A stretch of DNA of 63,971 bases, filler included, from Platydemus manokwari (taxonomy: Eukaryota): NCBI GenBank assembly GCA_037951405.1. It is 6 parts of 6 records of this genome, joined end to end, with 100 filler letters (N's around TTAATTAATTAA, not from the genome) between each part and the next. Parts side by side here need not be neighbours in the genome. Positions count along the whole stretch, not along the records: positions 1 to 15,308 come from JBBMOY011306983.1; 5 more parts are not named here. The stretch is one strand, 5' to 3'. The notes below the pieces were generated by a model. That model did no database searches, was not told the origin of the DNA, and saw nothing but the letters and a program-made list of their open reading frames with translations. Shown in pieces: positions 1-14,555 of the stretch. The translations under genes and the position numbers were made by a program. Each line of letters starts with the position of its first letter. Position 1 is the stretch's first letter.

Positions 1-73
<73 letters not shown>
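1..73. repeat. (ATT)n microsatellite
   Basis: Perfect ATT trinucleotide run at the window start. Similar runs flank the N gaps (3528-3582, 15245-15308) and occur at 58026-58090. Confidence 0.95.
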
Positions 74-77
<4 letters not shown>

Positions 78-3000
78 GGCTGTTTAGTAAACATGTCCGA
101 TTATCTAAAATTGATTTGATATTTATTAATGTTTGTTAATTTTTGTCTTGTAATTGTTGTGAAAAATAACACCATTTGAAAAATTCGAGAGCTTTACTAT
201 GCAATGAGGTCCCAAAAAGCAGGGTTTTTTGTTCTTATTTATAATATTGATTAAGTAGAAATCATAATATAAACTTCAAAAACATAAAAATTTAAAAATT
301 CAACTTTGTGTGATAAATCTTAAAACACTAATAAGCTCTATGACATACAAACGGGCGAGAAGGTATCGATCCAGATAAAAATATAAACATAATATTTATA
401 AGTGGGGAGAGGTACTCGGGATAGCGAGACGGTCTCTTTCGAGATGCTTAAATGGTTAAAAACAACTCACTGATAAAATTGAAAGTATTTCTCGGTCTTA
501 TTTGTTTTGAATATTGTGATTATAACGTACCATCTTATTAAAAAAATCAATTCACTTAATCGATTTATCGTCCGATAACAATAGTCAGTGATAATTATTA
601 ATACTATTTTTTTACCTATTAGCAGAAATTTTTTGCAATTTATTTTCGTTAAATAAAATGAATATGAGACAAATAACATATGAGAATAATTGGTTTGAAA
701 TAAATTGATCAATATTTCATCATTTTACTTGATTATTATCTAATTTTATATTCATCATGATTATAATTTAAAAATAACTTGATGGCAACTTCAAAGAAGC
801 GAAAACAGTGTATTTTCATATTTTTTTTCGTTCTCTGTGAGAGACTTCATTCTAAAAATGGATAATTCTAGAATGAATAATTTGAAATGCTTTTTCTATC
901 GCTTGGTAAATTGTTCTCCAACCAATGTGAATTCACCTATAATTACAATAAGAAAGTAATTTTTAATTAATATATCATTTTTGTGGGTATTTAATCATCA
1001 CAATCTAGCTGGTCATTTGTGCCAGCCTATCCACAAGAACTCGTAGATGCTTTTATCTCAATCTGTATTGAAGCTGGATTGCTTGTTTTGGATAGACGTT
1101 CTGAACTGGATTGTTATAGAAATCATTTAACTTGTAAGTTACCACTGACAAAGCAATGCACTGGAGGAGACACTTTACCGAATCTAGTTCGAATTACGAA
1201 ATCGGTACTCAAATTATTAAACGGAAATTAAACAGCTTAATAATCATAAATTAATTTTTTTAGCTCTTACAATTTTAATCGCTAAAAAGTTAATAACTAT
1301 ATATTCTGTAGTTTACTTTTGGATTTTTGTATATTTTTTGAATACCTGGAATTCTTATTCACTTTATAGTATTTTATAAACATTATACCTCTATATTACA
1401 CCTCACTCTTCTTATCCTGTAATCAAAATGCACAGTTTGATAAACCTTATTATTATTATTATTATCATTATAATATAGGATTCGTATTAAAAAATATATA
1501 AATTATTAAATTCTTTAAGATATTTGACATAACTTGATGCTTTTAAAATCACGTGATGGTCCATAGTGAAAAAAACTAAGCGTTTTCGTCGAGGTTTAAC
1601 ATTGGATTTCTATTATCAGATACTGTCTTTTTAACATTTTCAAAATTACTATATTTATCATATCCACTCATCCTCTGGTCATTTGATCTTAGTTGCGGTT
1701 AATATGATGAAAGCTGAATAATAACAGCAATTCTTTTCAATGAAAAGGATTTGGTTCTCAATTGAACTTTTGGGACGGAAATAGATATAGTATTGAGTTT
1801 TACAACTTCTAATGTAAACTGTGGGTGTATGCTTATCGTCAGAATCACTATATGTTTTTTTGTATGAAATAGGAAGCTATTAAATGTTATTTTCAGCTTT
1901 AGTTTGATTGATTTGAAGGATACGGATGAGAAATGATGATTTCCTTCTTTAATTAAAACATATGGGTTTAAGTATCAGGACGTTACGTTTTCCTGATATA
2001 ATAGTGGTACGTTTGTATGTGTATGAATCACAGCAGACGTTGTTTTATCGTATTTGATTTCAATTATGTGGACATTTCCGTACATTTGTTTTCACTGCTC
2101 GATTTTAAGCATCCCGTTTTTGATTTTTGTGTTTCGTTATTTTTTTATAGAAGTTATTTTTATCATATTTTCCTATGCTGATAAAGGATATAACTCAGAT
2201 CAATATTAGAAAAGAAACTGTGTTGAATTATACATATAATGAATGAGAGAATTTTGGAGATGATTAAATTTAGAGAGATAAAGTCAACTTGACGAGTAGG
2301 AAGAAAAACTGAATTTAAGGGGTTTAAGAATTCGACTAAGTCTAATGACAACAAACAACCGGCCCGTCAATTCTACTGGTTCATATTGGATAACTCCTCG
2401 AAACCATCATTTAATAATTTTACAGAATTTGTCTGTTACAGTGTCTTTAATGGATTTTATAATTTTTATTGAATAATAATTGATTATTAGAACCACATTC
2501 CGTTCAAAAAATTTTGATTTATTTCTATCATTACAATGTCACTCAAGTTTGCACGGGATAGATCATTGATATTTTTCGAAAATACCTTAAAAACAGATTG
2601 ACTTTATTAAAGGTTACAAAAACACCTAGCAAATAAAACACAATTAAGACTTTCATCGAAAATTTGGATTCAGTTCTCTCAATTAATAATACATTCACTC
2701 GATAGGATTTCCATTATCGAATTTGTAATTCTCTCTCTCTCTGTTTCTCTTTCTCATTCGTCACAAATATTTATCAGTGACTGGGTAATTTCATCTCATC
2801 TGATATCGGGAACAAAAATAAAATCATATAAAATAAAAATACGCAATTGATTAATGAACAACATGGGTACAACTCATTAAACTGTGACCCAATTCGAGAT
2901 AAACACAATTGCTAATAATAATCCACAATCATTCGAATATTTCCGTATATATGAATGACAAAATTCCATTAATTATAGAGAATTTTTCTAGAAATAAATC

Positions 3001-3383
3001 CCAGTTCCTTTTCCTACCAGATCTTCAGATGTCCGAATACTGTCAGAATAAAGCACAAACAATCCAATAGAACCCAATCAATTTCCATAAAATCATAGAA
3101 TGAATACCTCTTAGCACTGAGAACGAAAATAATTATAGGTTTTATGCCAAATCTGAGACAGTAATGATTGATGGTTAAGTTGAGGAAAATAATATTTCTA
3201 AAAAATGTCAATGATGTTGTGCACATTACATCTTTCTATATTCTTTCAGCGACGTTTTAGATAAATGAATAATTTTTCATATTACAGAATACAGATTATT
3301 CTAAGAATTACTTTTCCATCATTTCGATTACAATAATTATTTTCCTTACTTTTATCAATATTATTATAAATATTATTACGATT

Positions 3384-3527
3384 NNNNNNNNNNNNNNNNN
3401 NNNNNNNNNNNNNNNNNNNNNNNNNNNNNNNNNNNNNNNNNNNNNNNNNNNNNNNNNNNNNNNNNNNNNNNNNNNNNNNNNNNNNNNNNNNNNNNNNNNN
3501 NNNNNNNNNNNNNNNNNNNNNNNNNNN
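3384..3527. other. Scaffold gap (N run)
   Basis: 144 N flanked by ATT/AGT microsatellite. Confidence 0.95.
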
Positions 3528-3531
3528 TATT

Positions 3532-3562
<31 letters not shown>

Positions 3563-4821
3563 GTAGTAGTAGTAGTAGTAGCATAAGTAGTATTGTCGTT
3601 ATTATTGACATATCGACCATAACAATCGACACAAGCAAATGTTAATCCAGTTTTTATGAACGGACTTTCTTTAATTGAAGAAACAATAAATTTATAAAAA
3701 TTGCAAATGTTGGCATGAATTGGGATTTGAGATAAGTTTTATTGATTTGCTTATTTCCACATTGTTAAAGAAGAAAATCAATGAGCAATACTTTTAATGT
3801 CGAGAACTTTACCTGATTTATTTATCCTTCATTGTCGATTTCAATTGAATCCAAGACACGAATTAAGACCTTCGCTTTCAGATAAAAAGAGATTTTGAAG
3901 GAAATTTCAACTAATGAACGAAGGACACGCAGACACAGGCACACTGATTGATACATTGGGGAATTAGAAAGATCAGGTAAAAATGCCAAAAATTAACAAT
4001 GATGATCTTTAAAAAATTATTATTCAAAATGATTGGAGATATTTATTTTTTTAACTAATTCTGAACAAAATAATATATGAACGATTTGCTTTTGTGAGTT
4101 TGATTTCAATCCTGTTCATTGGTTGATATTTTCGACTTTTTCGATAAGAAGTTGGAAAAATTTCGGTCAACAAAGTATTACATCAAATATGTCACAGGGT
4201 CATAATAAAAAGAGCTAATCAATGAATGCTGATGAGTTGTATTGACATTACGGTAATCTCTGCTTCTCATCAGAACAATTTAGAAAGCTTATTAACTGTG
4301 GTAAAGATCTCTACACAGAAAACATCATATATGGAACCATTGCTGAGGAGATAGGGATTCAAATAGTTGGAAATGAAGCTGATTCAATTTCACGATTTTG
4401 ATGGCTTTTGGATTCCAAAGGTGGAAGAATCGAAATCCGTTATCCTAATACCAGAAAGTAAAAAGATCATTTTACGTCAGAATATAAAAAAAAACTTTGT
4501 AATTTTATAGATGAAATCGTAACAGAATTTTAAGCGGATTATTTTTTAAAGAAAAGTACTTACAACCCGAATTATTAATTACTTGACATCATTTGCAGTG
4601 TCTTACGATAAAATCTCAGCACCTGAAAACTCTACCGTAAATCAAACGTAAAATAAACAGATTAGGCGTTTCGATTTCATAAAGAAAAAAGGCACATGTA
4701 AAAATCAATTTAAATAATAATGAAAAGGATTTTTGGTAACACAAATAGTGTTGAGAACATAAATGTTTTATAAAGACTTTGATATTAACCTAAACACAAG
4801 GCTTTCGAGAGATAATAATAG

Positions 4822-5029
4822 NNNNNNNNNNNNNNNNNNNNNNNNNNNNNNNNNNNNNNNNNNNNNNNNNNNNNNNNNNNNNNNNNNNNNNNNNNNNNNN
4901 NNNNNNNNNNNNNNNNNNNNNNNNNNNNNNNNNNNNNNNNNNNNNNNNNNNNNNNNNNNNNNNNNNNNNNNNNNNNNNNNNNNNNNNNNNNNNNNNNNNN
5001 NNNNNNNNNNNNNNNNNNNNNNNNNNNNN
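4822..5029. other. Scaffold gap (N run) interrupting the last visible DOCK exon
   Basis: 208 N; the minus-strand DOCK reading frame runs into it at 5030. Confidence 0.95.
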
Positions 5030-8000
5030 TAGTTATATCAGTGACAGGCACAATGGATAAAATGTTTGGAAGTTTTTCGTCACATTTTATTCCACAACCT
5101 TCGATTTTTCTTTTCTAAACCATGTATTGTTATAAAAATATTGATTTCTAATAAACTAACAGTTGGATCTTCTTCGGTGCTATTCAAAAGTCGTTTGTAA
5201 ACGAATTCAGAAATACTGTAATTTTCATAATACCTATAAAATATAACGAAATAATATTTATCATTTCTTAATCAGATCAGAAGCGGAGATGCTGGAGATT
5301 AAAATTACAACGATTCGAAATTTATCGATTTATTATTCTTTGTACTAAACAAAGATCTTTTTAAAATTTAAGACCGACTTTGAATTTTCCTAAGATATTC
5401 AAAGAATTAAATTATTTTTTGGGAAAGTGAGAAGCAAATATTTCCAGGACATCGATTTCTGTTTCGAAAAATTCTACTTACTTCAAAATTCTCTGCTTAA
5501 CATATTTTCCTTCATATTTCTTAGGTATATCAATCGTATATGGTTTGATAGGCATGTAGAAAATTTTCTTATCATCGCACAAATAATCGGCTTGATCCGG
5601 AAATTTTCGTTCCACAGTAGTGTATTGGAACTGAGAATTTAGATCAATGGACATTTCGTTAACATTACGTTTCGTTCGTATGATTATGCTCTTCTCAGGT
5701 AGATCCGTGATAAATTTCGGGAATCCTACACCGAGATAAAATACAATATAAAATGACGGTTCCGGTCTGTCCTCATACATGACTTTTTTCAGAAGTTCGG
5801 ACATTTTGGACTGAAACAAATGATAACCGTGATCCTCTTTATCATAATTTGACAATCAACTCACATGTACATCGCCCAATTTCATAAAATCCACTGCAAA
5901 ATCACCATACCCATAAATCAGTTCTTTGCACACTTCAATTCCTTTTTCCCAATTATCTATTTCAAAATGTTTTAGACTTTCTTCCAACAATTTCGCTTTC
6001 AATTCCCATTGAAATCCACAATCGGCATATTCGATCGGTAAGAATGCGTCATGTACAATATCATTGGTCCACTGGAAATCAATTGAGAATATATGTTAAT
6101 CGGTAAAAATAACGATTTACTTGATAGAAAGAGCTCAATTCTAATAAAGTATTCCCCATTTCCGAGTAGTTTTTGACTTTGTCATGAATTTTCATCAATT
6201 TAAACAAATAACGACCAATAATATCTGATCGACCCATGCTATTATAGAATTTCTGTAATAAATTGATTTTTCATTCATAGATAATAATTCGTATTGATTG
6301 GTTACTCGCAGATTATTGATTACTATCATCCCGTTGATTGGAGAATTATCGTTAAGATGGTGTGAACATTCTTCGATATTATTCATTTGAACAATAATAT
6401 GTTCCACCAACTGACTGTCCTCAGCGTATTGATTGCTGCTACTTAGAACTTGCTTGAGAGCCTTGCTCATCTCTTCACAATAATTAGAATTAGAATCTGC
6501 ATTTTCCATTGCTTGATCTATTTGAGTGATAAGTTCGGTTTTTTTATTCTCCGGATCCAGATGTACAATATCGAAAAGACATTCAACAGCCAATATTCGA
6601 ATTTCTATAAAATAAATCAAAGTTATTCGTCAGATCTGAATAAACAGTACAAGCTTACTGTAATTTTGAATTGTAGTCAATTTGGCGAAAATATTGAAAA
6701 ATGTTTTGGAAAAACGATTTTTGAGAATACCTAAAATTTTAAATTAAATCATTATTTTGTTTAATTATATCGATTGATTTCAATATTTAATGATAACCCC
6801 CCCCGGCCGTTATACATGGCGCTTATATTTGTCCCGATCACTTGTAAAAACCATTCAAGTCATATTAATCGATTTAGAAAAAGCTTACCAAGATCGTGCC
6901 AAATATTTTTGATCTGAATGGCACCACCCAATCGAATATCTCCATCCCATTCTTTCGAATTTTGCATCATACGCAATGCAGCCGCTGATGGTAATTTTTC
7001 GATATTCAGAAACGGTTGTGTAATAATCGAAGTAATACATTCGACATTGTAGTTTATCATGTCATACTGTAATTTTTCCGATGGATGACAACAACACAAT
7101 CGGCTTTGCATGGTACGAAGAGTCTAAATGGAGAATCTCTGATAACAAATGTGACGAGAGAAAGATAGAAAAAAGTCACTTGAACAATGCTCGTTAAATA
7201 ATAGGGCTTTAAAATGACGCTGTGAATCTGCTTCAATGTATTAAGAAACTGTCGACTCTGAACGAAAAGCATATTCATCCAAGCTTGTTTCATGATTTTA
7301 GATGGCCTCTGAACGACTTGAGTAACGTTTAATCTCGATAATAGCCCAGTGTATTCTTTGGAAGATTTATTTTGATTGGGATAAACTGGATTATTCTTAA
7401 CATAAAAATAATATTTGAAAAATTATGAGTTGGAGATAAATTTGAGAGAAAATTATTTTTATAAATTGATAATAAAATTTGAATGAAAATCGATTGATAA
7501 TTATAATAATCTATCTTTATAGAGTGTGTGTGATTTGAATTTATCGCGCTTAATAAGTGTTCTAAAAATAGTAATTCATTAATTTATAGAAAATCAAAAT
7601 ATTGGTAAGGTTATCCAAATATTGATTGTTATCATAATTTTATTATTATTGATTTCATTAATTGGAGTCTGAGTTCACTAAATTCACTGAATCGATATTA
7701 CAATTTTCATTTAAATATTCATAGAGCACTTGATTCCTTCCCTAATTACCTCTGATCATTAAAAATCCAAAACTGAGAGATCTATTTACATGAACAGCAT
7801 CTATTTTCTTCGATAATTCTTAATATGATTTATTTTTAAATAAAACATTATCGATTTGACAATTTTTCAAGAGCATCAGAAGCGATTAATGAAATATTAA
7901 TATGGTTTCATCACACTGGTTTCTTCACGTAATGTTTGAAAGCTGTAACCAATTTTACAACAAATCCCCGATTTTCAGTAAATTCAGCTTTTATTTTCTT

Positions 8001-11000
8001 CCAATAAGCAAATTTTTTGACAAGTATTTTGTGCAGATTGGATTTAAAGAACATAGAACACATTATTTCAATATTTCATGAGTTGGTCATCGAATATCTA
8101 AAATTCTTTACTCAATATGACATTAATAAATCTTTATTCTACAGCTATACGTGTCTATTTAAATAATCTGCACGGGATTTTTATTTAAATCGTTAGTATA
8201 TTGTTTTATTCGGATTTGTGATGAAAAAAGCGAAAATATAGAAATAATATTGATGGTATATGCGTGATCAAAAATTAAAACAGTTAATTAAATTTTATGT
8301 TTAAGAATTTAAAAATAAGATTACTTTCTTTATAAAATAATTATTAAATAGTTACCGATAGAAAATTTCGTCTTAAGTTAAGAAAAGGGGTTCTTTGACC
8401 TACTTTTGAAATCATGAATTTTCGCGCATGAGGTAATTTTATAACTTAATATTATATATAATTGCGAGGATTGATTTATTCGAATTCAATTAATATCTCA
8501 CTTTGTAGGAGGTCGAATAAAGAGAAAACATAATTAAAAACCAAGTTCCTATTCTTACACGAGATTTTGATTTTGTAAATTTTAATTTATTTAATTATAA
8601 ATGAGCTTAGAAAACTCATGACATGCTTAATAGTCTGTCATTACTTGTTTTATAAAATAATTGTAAAAATTTAAAATATCTCTCAATTTGTTTCTAATGT
8701 TAAAAAAGAGGTACTCGCTAACTTTCAATAAATTGAAATTTGACCTAATTTTATCGGTGTTTCAAATAATCAAATTTTCGGAGATTTACAAGCTCCAGTA
8801 GATTTAATATTTGATTTCAAACAACTAAAATTCTTCTTAGGTACTTCAATTAATAATTCAAAATGCTTTTAAAGAATATAATTAAATAAACTATATAGAT
8901 TCTTGCAATACACTCAACAAATTTCAAATCTAATTTTAGGACCTCTTTCCTTAACTTTAGCCGAGATTTATATTAATTTGACAAAATCTCATCATTAACT
9001 TGATCGATTGGTTATAGAATGGGGAAAATAAATATTATCGAAATAAACGACAATTAGCAACAGAAGGTACAAATTACATTGTAGCGAAGGGATGAAAATC
9101 AGAATATGTAGATATCTTCAATGAGACATTGCATGGATTCATGTCAATGGTAACGAGATACTATATCAGTGATTTTTTAACCCTTTTCGAGTACGTAATC
9201 CTTTACAATTAACCAGTGCATCCCTAATCCCAGTTCTATTTATCTTAACATTGAAATTCTTATTTTTTATTTTATTTCTTTTCAAGTACCGGCACCTCTA
9301 ATTGTGTGATCTCGTGATACGCATATTAGCTTCGATATTTGACAAAAAGCATGAATTCCTAGTTTTAGTCTAGTCATTCATTTTTATCGACCTGGAAATG
9401 GTTCCTGTAGGAAAGACAAAGAATTTTATCGTGCAGAAAAACTGGTGAAAATGCTCTCTAATTTATTCTTTTATCTAATTGGAAACGATTTGAGCACAAG
9501 GTACTCGCGAATCCATTAGTTTAAATCTGCGGAGTTCCTTGGTTTTACAGAATTTTTGTTGATGACTATTGACCTACTTCGTATTTCAAATGAAAACATT
9601 GAATTACTATTATTTTCTTATCACATTTCAAATCTTTAATGGGTTAGCAATTGGTTCGTAATTATAAAAACATCATCGATGGAACAAAAAATCAATGTAG
9701 CATATCGTTTCATATCTAATCAAGTTCAATCATTCGTGGAAAAGAAATAAATAAGCGAGGCAGACTGATAAACAAGAAAATCTGAAAATGAAACCAGAAA
9801 AAATTGACAGTCAATCTTAATTACCTGTAGTTCGGAAATAAGCGAGAATAATTCCATAATCATATCATAATTATCAGTCATTCGTGTAGCGCTACATGTT
9901 GGACAAATATCACTCTGATCTTTGGCAAACCGTTCCCACAGTCGATCAGTAAAGTATGAAAGGCATGTAATAATCACACTGACTATCACCATCAAAGGTC
10001 GATGGATTAATTTACTATTGGAATCTTCCTTGGAAACGAATTCAAATCCACTGCTTGCTATCGCTACACAGGATCGGAACATATTGTGTTCAATGGTCAA
10101 CTCATAAACCAATTGATTAACAGTTTCAGGAGAGGCTCTTCGCCAACTGCGTTCGTGGAGTTGCATGAAATCGGTCAGGATTTCACAGATCTTGTCCAAC
10201 AAATGATCCTGATCTAATTCACGGCCGGAATAAATCTGAATGATCGATTTATTAATACAAAATATCGGCTAGATTACAGAATATGATCATTCATTATTTA
10301 TTGGTGAATTTTTAATCCTGTGGATACTTGAATTGGAAATCACGATGTGATCAGATTTGAAGGAATAAAAATAATTCCATATAAATAGGATGAAAATTCT
10401 TATCATAACTGCCATAATTGATTTATGGTTATTAGCATTATTAATGGTTTACGCTCCAATTGCACCCCTGCTCTCAGTATTATTAATTTTAATTAGATTA
10501 ATCAATAAATTGATGATTAAATTCTTATATTTATTATTGATAAATAAAATTTGAATTATAAGGGAAGCTTTAAAAATATTATTTGATAGAGATTCTATTG
10601 GCTTAAATTATTTAGAAACAAATGACTATAACTGTAACTTAGATATAGAACGAAATTTGTTTTATTGATTCAACTAAATCGATAATGGAATCCAAATAGA
10701 ATAAAGCTTGCATAGATAAGTTATATTTTGTAACAGGCAATACGGCAAATATTTGCATCAATAGTAACAATAATACTTTGATGGCACAATGATAAATCAT
10801 TACCATGGTGATAGATGTCGAATTTTTGTGAAAATTTACGTTTTAAAGCTAGTTATACTACAAGGTATATCTGAACTTTATATATAATTAATATATTAAT
10901 TATAATAGATTATATTATTATTATTTTGAATTAAGTTTGAAGATGATATTTTATTGAAATCCGGTCGTCAATATAAATCGAAGTTCAATTTTCAATCCTT

Positions 11001-14000
11001 TTGGGATTGTTTTACGAATAACTCGGTCGGAATGACAAATTCTAGCTTGTGATGTTTCATTATTTATTTCATAATTTTGCATTTTTTGCTTTATTTTCAA
11101 TGACTATGAAAAAGAATTCTTGCTCATTTGTCCAGTTCTATCTATCCCTGTTGCCAGACACTGATAATACATATGAATGGCCAAAACAATATTCCATAAA
11201 ATATTTCCAGATTCTCAACATTTCCGTTAATTTTTTTATTATGTTTTCAAACTTTATGTTACTATTTATATCAATAATAATTATTATTATTATTGTTTAT
11301 ATTAATAACTTATTATTATCAAAATTATTATGGTAATACCTGAAAATGTTGTTAGGATTTTAAAATGATGATGACGATTTTTAAAAATATGAATTTAAAG
11401 GAATTTATAATTTGATTTTACATTACGAAATAATAATTCTTTAAATAAATAGGCTTAAATATAATTTATTTTATAAGTAATATTGTTATATTTTTTTAAT
11501 ATAACTTACAATGAACTGTTAATAATTATTTTATCATAATAATTAAATAATATTTTCGTAATAATGATATTAAAACCGCACTTAAATAATCCGAAAAAAT
11601 GCACGATTTTTATCAATCTTAATGGAGTTTTGTTGATCTAAAGTGATAGATTATTGGAATGAATGCAAGGTAATCATGGAATGATTTTGAAACTGTTCTA
11701 ATTGGATAAGAATCAATTCCCATACAAAAGTCGTAATAATATATCGATTGGGAAGTCCTTTCGACATCAGTGGATAAATCGAGTCCACGGTCATTTGATT
11801 CAAGTTCGATACAAATTATCAATTGATCGTGAGAGCCTATTGAGATTCTATTGTGATTGTATATCATCATTCTTTTCACAAATGTATTATTATTAATAAT
11901 AATAATAATAATATAATTATTTATGTTATTATTACGATTAGTATTGTTATTATTATATTGTCATTAAATCAAGTATCTCATTTTATCAAATAAAATCGAA
12001 ATGATTAAAGTGCTCAATAGAGAATATCAGATCACCTTGCTAAGCTGCGAACTGAATAGATCTAAAATATTATTCGTCGTTTCAGGGAGAATAATTTTGC
12101 GACATTGCGTATCAATGAACAATTTCGAATTCATACAATCCATGGTTAAGTCGGCCTTTGTTATTGATTCGAGATCACTGCAATTTTTCAGAAGATTATT
12201 CACTAATTTCGCCATTCCAATCGGCTGACAAACCGGAATCAATGCATTGATTATTGGCCCTGCTTTTCTGAGAACGATACTCTAGAATTTGACGATATTA
12301 ATCCAATCCATGGTGTTTGTTTTCAAAGTGTTACTCTTAACATTCGATTTTCTTGCCTGTTGGCCCAGCATTCTAATTTTTGTAAATACTGATCGACAAG
12401 TTCATTAAAGATCGTCGCTTCATCATCATTTCCAACGACTTCTGCTTCATAGTTTTGCTAAGGGTAAAAAATTTGGTATTAATATTTGACATTTTAAATA
12501 TTATTACTCGAATATTTTCTTTTTAATAATATATCATTTAAAATTCGAAAAAATAAGAAAAAATTTAACCAATAATTTATCGATTTTTTCATAAAATCAA
12601 TAATTGTGAATCATTTTTTTAGAAATTCATTTACAAAAATAAATGATAACCAATGGATGTCTCCAAAAATTATTTTCCCCATGCTTATTCCAAAGACAGA
12701 CACCGGGATAATGTGATAAAAATATTTACACTTCCACTAAATAATTTCAAAGAAGTCATCACAAGATCTATTGTAAGTAGTCATGTGTAAGCCAGTAACA
12801 CAGACAAGAGGATATCTAATTTTCATGTCTTTATTTCATGAGAACAGTACGTTAAAAGATATCCTTTCTGTGACGTTCTTAATTAATAACCTGATAAATT
12901 TCGATGGTTCAGCTTTATACTATTGGTCATAGATGGCAAAAATATAGATTTATTATCGAAAACAAAAAAAATATATTTGAAATTGATATAACAATATGCA
13001 GTGTGAATTTGGGCCAATGTCTCAAACTCACTAACAGCGTTAAATGAACTGGAATTAATCGATAGATATTATTTGGAATTAATGGATTCAAACTCTTATC
13101 TGATAATGAAACCAAATTATCCAATCAAATTACTCTCAACATAATGGCATCAAATGAAAAACAAAGAAAACAAACATCACATATGAGTAACGACTTACAA
13201 AGGATTTCACAATGATCTTCATGAACCAGTCCGATGCTCGAAGAGTATTGCTATCAGTTTCTGGAACGTGATTAATGAGTTCACGCAATATTTGCTTGTG
13301 AACATTGAAATGCATAGTGTCGGTGATGAATTGATTTATCTGGTTCTGATATTCGGGCAGATTTTTGATAGCTTTAAACATTTCGCCTAACAACAGAAGA
13401 ATATTTCCACCCAAATAGGAATCATCGGTGGCACATTGCATCAATTCAAGACTTGATTCGAGAATTTTCGTGGCAAACTTCAGTGTGGAATAAAAACGAT
13501 TTCGACGAAATTCAACAGTGAGAAAAACAAATCGTAATCACCTTTTTCATTTCGTTAACGTCGATATTCTTGACGATTATTTCACGATTCTGTAATTGAT
13601 GCATGATTGTTTCATCGATTTTAGCATCACTGCACACATTTGCCAGAAGTTCTGCGTGTATTTAATGGTAAAAACAATAAATTTCTCTTCAATCAACCAA
13701 ATTATCAAGGATAATTTTAATTAGCTCCTTGTTTTTATCAAAAATTGATAGGCTCTTATTTAATATGAAATTATGAATCTACTTACAAATTTATAAGTAA
13801 TCATAATCTACTAATTTAAAAAAATATATTATTAAAATTAAAACCACAAAATGAAAAAAATATAATAATCAATTAAAACAAAATCAATGTTTAACATAAT
13901 AAAAAATTTCCATAAATAGAACAATTACCAACTTACCATCAAAAGTATATTCAGTCGAACAGAGCTGGGTTTGCACAAAAAGCGTATCCTTGAAAGTTGG

Positions 14001-14555
14001 TTGCTTTTTTTTGCTACCTATAATCATTTGTTTACTGAACGTCTGACTGGGATATTTTAATGATAGACTTTCCAAACTACCTTCGAATTCGGGATAAACT
14101 CTCAAATATTCCGCCTTTTTAATTTTATCGATATCCATCTTAACAATAATAATAATAATAATAATAAATTTACACATGTGTCATGTGATTCTCTTAAAAA
14201 AATTATGGAATACTTTGTGTATCGAAAGAACATGAAAATTATCGTGATCTCTGTTGCTGAGAATTGCATTTGAGTCTTTGGGAAAGAGTTTCAAATATGC
14301 CACACCCTTTGGAGTTTTACTATCTATAGTGGAATATGATTAAAAATCATTAACGAAAAAAGCCTGCAAAACTAAACTATCATTCAAAGATCGATGCCAA
14401 ACAACAAATCTGATATGAGTGGCTGGCTTGAAGTCAGCTTGTTTATCAAATAATGGAATACAGATGACTTCCGACCATCTCGGTTTAGCGACATGATAAT
14501 AGACGACGCTTCGATATTTAACGAATTTTCGCCATTCCACTGTAGGTAAGTCCAC
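5030..14555 (-). CDS. DOCK: Dedicator of cytokinesis (DOCK-A/B, DOCK1-5-like) Rac GEF, partial, multi-exon: DHR-1/C2 domain, ARM region, DHR-2 lobes A-B
   Basis: Exons with GT-AG borders and consistent phase: 14555-14378, 14323-14214, 14138-13937, 13651-13542, 13477-13199, 12457-12335, 12281-12036, 10235-9825, 7395-7180, 7123-6889, 6730-6659, 6604-6306, 6252-6121, 6071-5865, 5810-5482, 5233-5161, 5114-5030. DHR-1 motifs: YRSVVYYHVAKPRWSE..HIRFVVWHRS and KDTLFVQTQLCSTEYT. Middle region: SKLFIDTQCRKIILP and GDIRLGGAIQIKNIWHDLG. DHR-2 motifs: KFYNSMGRSDIIGRYLFKLMKIHDKVKNYSE, WEKGIEVCKEL, RPEPSFYIVFYLGVGFPKF, KLPNILS. The N-terminal SH3 region and DHR-2 lobe C are not seen. The paralogue cannot be assigned. 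Confidence 0.9.
8500..8970 (-). mobile_element. Dispersed non-coding repeat, copy A (in DOCK intron)
   Basis: Its reverse complement shares blocks with 27920-28450 and 48410-48780, e.g. TTTTAGTTGTT, TTAGCGAG, GAATAGGAACTTGGTT, GAGTGTATT. Boundaries approximate. Confidence 0.65.

Noticed and set aside
420-520. Spliced-leader RNA-like sequence (GAGACGGTCTC...ATG|GT)
   Set aside because: Only a loose resemblance from recall. There is no clear Sm site or stem-loops, and the palindrome is equally typical of repeat fragments.
3282-5051. ORF-track entries containing X runs
   Set aside because: Artefacts of N gaps and microsatellites.
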